NCBI GenBank assembly: GCA_964019335.1
Contig: OZ025694.1
Span: forward strand, 248,001-312,000
Source: Diplonema japonicum
Taxonomy: Eukaryota; Protista; Euglenozoa: Diplonemea
Direction of reading: 5' to 3'
DNA length: 64,000 bases
The translations under genes were made by a program, and so were the position numbers. This document shows positions 56,663 to 64,000 of this stretch, one piece after another. Under the pieces are notes generated by a model. The model searched no databases, was not told the origin of the DNA, and was given only the letters and a program-made list of their open reading frames with translations. The stretch's first letter is position 1, and the number at the start of each line of letters is the position of its first letter.

Positions 56663-58786
56663 ATGACACTTCAAGGTTGCACTCAAGCACTCTTCTACCT
56701 CGCACTGCTCACCATAACGAAACCAGAGGTCCTTTGTTCCATATGCGAACCGGTCATCCGGATGAAGTTTCAAACCCACCACCACAAATACTCAGGCAGC
56801 CAGCACAAGTTCGCCCTCCACTTAATCCACAAAAACGGCTCCAAATGGCACGCCACCGACCTATGCTGCGCGTTGTTAGGTTCAGAACTGGCGGTTAACC
56901 TAACACCAGGTTACCCAAGAGGAGATCTCATTTCTGTAGAAGTCAGCGCGTATAATTCCAGTACCGACGGGTGGAATATGCACAGCATGAGAATTGAAGA
57001 ACCAGATTTAACATGGTCAAGATACAGCAGCGGATGGGTGAAGTACGGCACCAAACCCATCTATGATAAGCGGGTTTTCAACACAACGATAACCACAAAT
57101 TTAACGACGCCATGCAGGCTCCTCCCTCACCCACCACTACCTGAACCTGTTACTTCAATCGACGCTTACTCCACTGAAACCTTCAACCGAACCACCTACG
57201 CAATCTCTTCTAAAAACGTTAATATCTACTACAACATGAGGTATATCGGTAATTTGTCGGGAAGCGTTGTAGATGTCGAAGTGGTGGACGACCGCCTTTT
57301 CATATTAGGAAACGCGGATGAAAACATGTTAAGAATATATAACACAACCGAGGGGCAAATGCCTGTTCTTATCGGGACATACTCCGGGTCACAATGGGAC
57401 GATGGAATGGTTACTGTCTCTGTAAAAGTGTATGGTGATACCGCGTATATCGCGACGAGAAATTCTGTTCACGCTGTGGACTTGTTGATGAACGAAACAG
57501 AAGTGTGGGGAACGGTTAAAATGTACCATTGCAAAGATGCAGCGTTGGTGTCAAACGTGCTGGCGGTGGTGGAACAAACCACCGTTTCGTTTTACGCGGT
57601 GGACGATCTCCGAAAGGTCGCGTCAGTGACAACATTCGGCAGTCCTTCCTTCGCCACCACCGGTACCTGGAACGACATCCCAGCCATCTTCCTAGCTGAC
57701 AACAAGGGAATAGTGTACGGATTCTGGTTGAAACAACCTTACTCAACCACATCACACAACAACCCATCTAGCTACGTGGAGCTATTGTACAAGCGCCACA
57801 CAACAACTAGTTCCGATGTCAAGGTGGCACCATCATCGATGACGTACAACCCAGACGGATATTTAAATTTTGCGTACGGGATACTACCTTGCAGTGTGTA
57901 TGGGTGCGGTGTCGTGTGGAGGATGGATCTAAAAACAGGATTAACACGCAGACTATACACGAAACGAGGCGACATTCAATCTGTCGAAACATACAACAAA
58001 TCACACTTGCTACTATGCGCCGACAGCACCGGGTGCGAGATTTACAGAACTGACGCTTTCAAAACAGAGTATCCAAACGAAGGGACGCTCGAACAGCCTA
58101 TTGAGACCCCTTCCGAGATTACTGAGAAGCATCGCGGCAAAACATCTTTCGCCCAGCAGCACAGTGCGAAGCTAATTGGCGGGAGTATATTGTTAGTTGG
58201 GTTTGCCGTCATGCTTTATATCAGACGGTATTTCTTCTTGCGTTCTATTCAGCCATCATCTGCTCCTGATATCGAGTCGCGTGCGGCCAGTCCAGATAAG
58301 ATAACTTTACCGCCGTTGCCTCCCCAGCCTTATGGCGAGGATCTAACCGCACCCGAACACATGGTGTGTCCTATTTCGCTAGAGATTATGGTAGACCCTG
58401 TTGTTTGTGTTGATGGGTATCATAATTTTGAGAGGTATCACATTGAACGGTTTTTGAGTAAGGTGAAGAGCGAATGTCCTGTGAGTAGGCAGGTGATGAC
58501 CATGGCTCAGCTTCGGGAGAACCGCCCTTTGAAGGATGAGATCTTGAGGTGGGTTGAGAATTATCGGAAGAATGCGAAAGTGGGTGTGGCGTCGCCGACG
58601 TCAATGGTCTCTAAGGACGAGGACAAAGCGGTCGTGGTGGCTGACAACTTAGAGATAAATGATCTGAGCCTTGATGAACTTGATGATAAGGAAGTTGCTG
58701 TGTCGCTTGGCAGCGTAAGCGATAATCTGGAGGAGACAGAAGAAGACGATGATGATGATGATGATGATAATGATGGTGCACCTTAA
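56663..58786 (+). CDS. Signal peptide + extended ectodomain + TM + U-box, paralog 2
   Basis: Shares YNM.Y.G, DRLF.LG..NMLRIY.TTEG and YG..PCSVYGCGVV with paralog 1, plus an identical U-box core. Confidence 0.85.
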   Translation: MTLQGCTQALFYLALLTITKPEVLCSICEPVIRMKFQTHHHKYSGSQHKFALHLIHKNGSKWHATDLCCALLGSELAVNLTPGYPRGDLISVEVSAYNSSTDGWNMHSMRIEEPDLTWSRYSSGWVKYGTKPIYDKRVFNTTITTNLTTPCRLLPHPPLPEPVTSIDAYSTETFNRTTYAISSKNVNIYYNMRYIGNLSGSVVDVEVVDDRLFILGNADENMLRIYNTTEGQMPVLIGTYSGSQWDDGMVTVSVKVYGDTAYIATRNSVHAVDLLMNETEVWGTVKMYHCKDAALVSNVLAVVEQTTVSFYAVDDLRKVASVTTFGSPSFATTGTWNDIPAIFLADNKGIVYGFWLKQPYSTTSHNNPSSYVELLYKRHTTTSSDVKVAPSSMTYNPDGYLNFAYGILPCSVYGCGVVWRMDLKTGLTRRLYTKRGDIQSVETYNKSHLLLCADSTGCEIYRTDAFKTEYPNEGTLEQPIETPSEITEKHRGKTSFAQQHSAKLIGGSILLVGFAVMLYIRRYFFLRSIQPSSAPDIESRAASPDKITLPPLPPQPYGEDLTAPEHMVCPISLEIMVDPVVCVDGYHNFERYHIERFLSKVKSECPVSRQVMTMAQLRENRPLKDEILRWVENYRKNAKVGVASPTSMVSKDEDKAVVVADNLEINDLSLDELDDKEVAVSLGSVSDNLEETEEDDDDDDDDNDGAP

Positions 58787-59463
58787 AAAAAAAAAAAAAA
58801 AAAAAAAGAAACCTCTTTTTTTTTTTTTTTAAATTCTTGCTTTCCAGCAAAGAGAGAAAAAAAAAGGGGGGGAAAACATTGCATTTTTTTTTTCCACTTC
58901 CTCACAGCCTCTTTTTTTTTTTTTTTTTTTTTGCAAACTTGTTACAAAGGGAGAACGTTTGGAACGCGTGTTTTACGGGGTTTATATGACTTTTCTCCAA
59001 TTTTATTTTTATTTTTTTTACCCGGAGCACGTAACAAGCCAGTTCCCTCTTTTTTTTTTTCTTTTTTCTTTTTTCCTTCTTTTTATTTTCATATAAAGAA
59101 CTCCTTTCCTTTTTTTTTTACATTTTTCACGCCCACATCTCTAAAATCCGTCTACCGGTCAATCGTGGACTTGCTCTAAAGGGATATATCTCTTCCCAGG
59201 AATACCAGCGTGTTCAATCATGCAATACACAATTGTTGTCGCGAAAGGAGATAGTTTAGATAGTTAATTTGAAAAGAAATAGCAATTTCTAGTTGTCCTG
59301 AACGGGGTTTTAGAGATTCTGAGGCGTATATTTTTTTCAAAAGTTATCGAAGACTTGACGTGCTTGTGCCGGAGCAAGAAAGCTTTAGCAGGTTGAAAAA
59401 AGAGAAAAAAAAAAACCCTTTTTTTTCACCTTCCTTCACTATTCTTGATCCGTGCGATGAACA

Positions 59464-59667
59464 GTGATGATCAGGCAGCAAACTGCACGAGCGCAGAATC
59501 TTGGTTACCCGGGGCGCACCGGCTGGGGTTGAGCTGTACACCGCACGCATTAAGGACACGACGCAGAACGCAGAAGAAGCTACAACTCGGCCGACGGCGC
59601 GCCCCCTGTAATCAAGTAGACAGTTCTTGTGCAGGGCGCCGCCAACACCGGCCTCCTTTAACTCATA
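59464..59667 (+). mobile_element. Short retroposon, 5'-truncated copy
   Basis: Nearly identical to 60893-61082. Confidence 0.85.
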
Positions 59668-60179
59668 TATTTTTTGTGCCCAAGGATTATTTTCCCCCAC
59701 TTTTTTTTTCTTTCACTAGGTCTTTTTTGTTTATCCTTTTTTTTTTTTTTACATTGTTTCTTCTGCCTTTCTCGCACTTCTTTGCGTTAAGCGAAAAAAA
59801 AAAAAAAAAAAAAAAACCAAACTTTTTTTTCCAAGGGGCAGCAAGACCTTTGGCCGGGTCTAGGTGCGTAACGACACCTCCCCTTAAGCGAGTCATTTCA
59901 GAGACCATTTCACTTGGAGCCGAGTGGTGGTCGTAGCTGAGTGCCATTCGACGTGTGCTACCTTGACGTCAGTTAGAAGTTCGAATTCTCTCTTTTTTTT
60001 TCTTCTTTTTGCAGCGCCTCCTTTTGGCCACAAGATTTAATGCTACTATCTGTTTGTATTAACAAAAAAAACCCCCTCCCCCTCCCGCCCGCACCCACTT
60101 CTTGACGCCTCGGGGAAACAGTAGCTAGTCAACTAGTTTTTGTCAAAAGGTAGCAATAAGTTGGGTTAGGGGCAATGCC

Positions 60180-60212
<33 letters not shown>

Positions 60213-60215
<3 letters not shown>

Positions 60216-60767
60216 TATTTCACTCTTCGTCATTTTCTTCACTCACTAGGGGCCTCATTATTTAACGCGAAATGGCCATTATTTAACGCGAAATCGCCAT
60301 TATTTAACTAGTTAAATAATGAGATTTTGCAGTTAAATAATGGCCCTTCAGAGTGGAAAAATGGGTCTTGTCGTGGAAAAAAATGCACCCAACCCCTTGA
60401 AAATTTTTTTTGGGGTGGGGGTATTTTGACTATTTTTGGCCATCTGAGGCCATTCCAGCCCTTAAAAGTGGGAATAAGTGCCTTACTTCCCCTTTAAATG
60501 CCACGGCGAAATAGCTACCCTGTATTACCTTAGGAAAATCCCCAAAAAGCTGACCTGCGTGAAAAAAAAACAGCAGTGAAAGCAGTGAAGAGTGAGTGAC
60601 TCAAATGACGAAAAGTGAAATAAAACGACTTACTTGCCGCCAAATGAGCCATTATTTAACACTCGTTACCGTTTTTTTGCACTCGGGCCCTGCGGGCCCT
60701 CGTGCAAAAAATTCGGGAACTCGAGTTAAATAATGACTCATTTTGTTGGCAAAATAAATAGCTATTT
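60213..60767 (+). mobile_element. Hairpin-ended element family A, uninterrupted copy
   Basis: Reverse complement of 22411-24630 without the pogo insert; flanked by T-runs. Confidence 0.88.
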
Positions 60768-60775
60768 TTTTTTTT

Positions 60776-61082
60776 CAGGTGGTGGGGATAACATGAAAAT
60801 ATAAGAAAAACATCAGATGTGTTGTTCGCTGTTGACCTCCTCGTCGGTCATCACCGGTAGCGCCCGAGTGGAAGAACATAGTGCAGATGCTCAGCAAACT
60901 GCACGAGCGCAGAATCTTGGTTACCCGGGGCGCACCGGCTGGGGTTGAGCTGTACACCGCACGCATTAAGGACACGACGCAGAACGCAGAAGAAGCTACA
61001 ACTCGGCCGACGGCGCGCCCCTGTAATCAAGTAGACAGTTCTTGTGCAGGGCGCCGCCAACACCGGCCTCCTCTAACTCATA
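60776..61082 (+). mobile_element. Short retroposon, near full-length copy
   Basis: Runs from caggtggtggggata to cctcctctaactcata. Confidence 0.88.
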
Positions 61083-61477
61083 TATTTTTTTTTTGGGTTT
61101 ATTGAAGTGAATTACCCCTCTTTTTTTTTTCACTTGTCTTTGTAGACATCTTTTTTTTAACAACAACGAAAGAACATTTCTGTTGGTTTCCTGTTGTAAA
61201 AAAAGAAAAGAAGAAATAAGGGGACGACTGGCCCCATCCCCCCCACCTTCCTCTGGCAGTACACAGCATATATATTAAGAGAAAAACACGAAAAAGAAAA
61301 CAGAAGAAGAAGAAGAAAAAAAAAAAGAAGCTTATGGTTTTTTTTTTTCTCTGTCTGGAAAATTTGAAAGAACTAGGTCGAATCTGTTGTTTTTTTCTTT
61401 TGTGTGAAAAAAAAGCTGGTTTAACTTAAGTTAGCGGGCAAAGCTACACCTGCTCTTTTTCCTTTTTTTCTATTCAT

Positions 61478-61517
61478 TGCACGCTTAACGCCACCTAGTG
61501 TTGCAATCAAAGCCCCA
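61478..61517 (+). mobile_element. Solo 3' tail of the third non-LTR family
   Basis: tgcacgcttaacgccacctagtgttgcaatcaaagcccca matches 55172-55211. Confidence 0.75.
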
Positions 61518-62112
61518 TTTTTTTTATTTTTTTTTATATCCTTTTTTTTTTCTTTTTGCTGGATTTATTGACAACGAATGAGCCTATCCTTTTTTCTAAA
61601 GATTTACCTCCCCCGAGCTCTTTTATTTATTTCTTATTTTTACTTTTTTTTTTTTTTTTTTTTATTATTGCAATTACAATTCAAAAACCTTGCTTACTGT
61701 AAATCTCTTTTTTTTTTTCTTCCTCTTTTTCTGTACCGGAAAGAAAAGAGGCGAATCTGGTAGGTATACAATGGGGAAAAGAGAAAAGAAAAAGATGGAA
61801 CTCTTTTTTATAACCTCACTTGGGTCTCTCCTCAAGGCCAACATCAATCTCCTAGCAAAGCCTACCTCGGCCTTCCCTCTATATGGTTATAAGGGATTTC
61901 GTAAATGAAGGCCAAATAAGATTCGTCTAAAGCGGAGAGAATTTTCCGGGAAGATTGTCCTTTTTGTTTTGGCGCTTTAAAAAGAAAAAAAAAAAAAAGC
62001 ACTTAAGCTTGCCGCTTTTGTGCTGAGCAAAAAAACGGAGAATACTGCGTGCATCTCGGCTCGTTGTTTCGGGTTTTGTTAGTTTAGGTAATAATTTAAA
62101 GAAAAAAAAAAG

Positions 62113-62145
<33 letters not shown>

Positions 62146-62244
62146 GGATTTTTCTTTTTCTTCTTTTTTCTTTTATCTCTAGCTGGGGTAGAGTTGGATT
62201 AGAAAGCTACAGCTCGGCAGAGGGGTTCTTTTTTTTTTTTTCTT

Positions 62245-62277
<33 letters not shown>

Positions 62278-62417
62278 CCTATCCATTATCTCTTCTCTCT
62301 CGTTCTACAAAACAAACACAACAAAAAAAGGTATTTCTTGCTTTTTATTAACCTTTAAAACCTTCTATTCCATAAACCAGTACGTTCCCATGAACAGGTC
62401 AACCCCCCCACCTCCCC

Positions 62418-64000
62418 ATGTGGTTTAAGTGGTTTCTCACCTCTGTAATATGTTCGATCTCCACGGTGCACGCCCAACGAACCAGAGTAGGGTGCTACAC
62501 AGATGCGATTTCAGCCAGAACGCTGTCTCACCTTGAAGGGGCAAGAGAAAGTGATTTAACAGTGAAAGGGTGCTCGGATCGGTGCCAGTCGAAGGGCTAC
62601 CGGTTTGCTGGACTGGAAATCGGTAACGAGTGTTTTTGTGGAGACTTCATCTTCGAGGTTTCAAGCCAGGTGCCCGACAACGAGTGCAGCCTGAGGTGCA
62701 CCGGAAGCCTTGAAGACACATGTGGAGGGCTGTTCAGGATTGAAATATTTGACCTGTTGCCTGTGCCTGCTCCAGTCACGCCTCCGCCTCAGTACCTCAA
62801 ACGGTTAGGCTGTTATAAGGACCGAGACTCCCCCCGTGTGCTCTCTCGTGTTGTTCTGTACCGTGACCCTGCCCTCACGGTGGCAAAATGTGTCTCTGCG
62901 TGCCTTTCCCGTGAGGCCCTCTTTGCCGGTGTGGAGTTCGGCAATGAATGCTTCTGCGGCGACGTCCCCACCTCATGGGACTGGGTCCCTGACACGCAGT
63001 GCCGCGAGCCTTGTTCCGGCAGCCCCCAGGACACCTGCGGTGGGTTTTACAAGATTGAGCTCTTCCGCATCGCTGTTGCTCCCGTGCCTGTTGAGGCACC
63101 CGCGCAATCTCCTTACGCTGCACCTCATAGTGCCCCTCTTGATATCCCTCCGCCTCTCGACAGCCTTCCTGCTAGTGTGCCTCTTGACGTACCCATTGAC
63201 AGCCTTCCTGCTGACACCCCTCTTGACGCTGTGCCTTCTGACGGCATCCCTCTCGACGGTGTCCCCGTTGACAGTCCGAGTCTTCCTGTAGTAACCCCTG
63301 ATGACATCACTCCTGATAGTGTCCCTCTAGATGGTGTGCCTCCTGGCAGCATCCCTATTAACAGTCCGCCTCTTGACAGCCTTCCTACTGATGTGCCTTC
63401 TGACAGCGCCCCTCTTGATGGTGAGCCTGAGAGTACCCCTCATGGTGACAGTGCCCCTCATGGCGATAGCGTGCCTGAAAGTACCCCTCATGGTGCGCCC
63501 GACAGTGTCCCTCTTGATGGTGTGCCTGAGAGTACCCCTCATGGCATGCCCAACAGTGCCCCTCGTGGCGATAGCGTGCCTACCCCTCATGGTGTGCCCG
63601 ACAGTGCTCCTCTTGATGGTGTGCCTGAGAGTACCCCTCATGGCGTGCCCGACAGTGCCCCTCTTGACGGTGTGCCTGTTGAGGATCCAAGCGCCCCAGT
63701 GGGAGCGCCTCCTGCGAATGACATGCCGGGTGAACCTGGTGCCACTCCCTTGGTGTCTGGTGACACGGCACCGAACTCAAACCAGGCGCCAGAAACTGCA
63801 GGCCACGTACCTGTGAATACACAGGTCACAAGAGAAGAAAGGATAGCAGCTGCCCAGAGGGCGGTGGCGGAGGAATTGGAAGGGGGTTTGGGGCCTTTTG
63901 GGGATTTGCACACGATGCCAATACTGACGGAGGAGGAAATAGAACATGCAGAGGAAGATCTTAGGCAGTCGGCGTTGATGACGACATTAGTCATTGTGCT
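62418..64000 (+). CDS. Cell-surface or secreted protein with two WSC domains and a Pro/Asp/Ser-rich repeat stalk; runs off the window end (not in the ORF track)
   Basis: Manual translation gives signal MWFKWFLTSVICSISTVHA and GCY.D..C...C..FAG.E.GNECFCG..C...C.G...CGG twice, then PLDGVPESTPHG repeats, with no stop before 64000. Confidence 0.88.
   Translation, partial: MWFKWFLTSVICSISTVHAQRTRVGCYTDAISARTLSHLEGARESDLTVKGCSDRCQSKGYRFAGLEIGNECFCGDFIFEVSSQVPDNECSLRCTGSLEDTCGGLFRIEIFDLLPVPAPVTPPPQYLKRLGCYKDRDSPRVLSRVVLYRDPALTVAKCVSACLSREALFAGVEFGNECFCGDVPTSWDWVPDTQCREPCSGSPQDTCGGFYKIELFRIAVAPVPVEAPAQSPYAAPHSAPLDIPPPLDSLPASVPLDVPIDSLPADTPLDAVPSDGIPLDGVPVDSPSLPVVTPDDITPDSVPLDGVPPGSIPINSPPLDSLPTDVPSDSAPLDGEPESTPHGDSAPHGDSVPESTPHGAPDSVPLDGVPESTPHGMPNSAPRGDSVPTPHGVPDSAPLDGVPESTPHGVPDSAPLDGVPVEDPSAPVGAPPANDMPGEPGATPLVSGDTAPNSNQAPETAGHVPVNTQVTREERIAAAQRAVAEELEGGLGPFGDLHTMPILTEEEIEHAEEDLRQSALMTTLVIV

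Overview
Eukaryotic genomic DNA, probably a euglenozoan (diplonemid-like) protist. The taxon is inferred from the strictly unidirectional gene array, rare introns and poly(T)/poly(A) intergenic tracts, and is not proven. About 20 host protein genes all lie on the + strand: an NMNAT-like enzyme, a frameshifted kinase-LRR, a DsbA/FrnE protein, 3 sterol desaturase/fatty-acid hydroxylase paralogs, 2 M28/glutaminyl-cyclase genes, a CBM9-like protein, a SAM methyltransferase, a prenylcysteine oxidase, FAM98 with RanBP2 zinc fingers, 2 transmembrane U-box proteins, a WSC protein missing from the ORF track, and several unknowns. Intergenic DNA holds many mobile elements. These are three divergent 5'-truncated non-LTR retrotransposons plus short derivatives sharing a structured 3' tail, hAT, pogo, piggyBac and Sola-like TIR elements, and two families of asymmetric 'sub-terminal IR + long terminal hairpin' elements. 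Main candidates for novelty: (1) 45-52 nt GT-AG introns filled with poly(A) instead of a polypyrimidine tract; (2) the hairpin-ended elements, which share a CACTCG..CTCGTG core and a TAAATAG(T/C)TA terminus, one carrying convergent tRNA-like units; (3) receptor-like ectodomain-TM-U-box ligases with an identical catalytic block; (4) LINE/SINE 3' stem-loops conserved in structure but not in sequence. All calls were made by eye; no database search was run.
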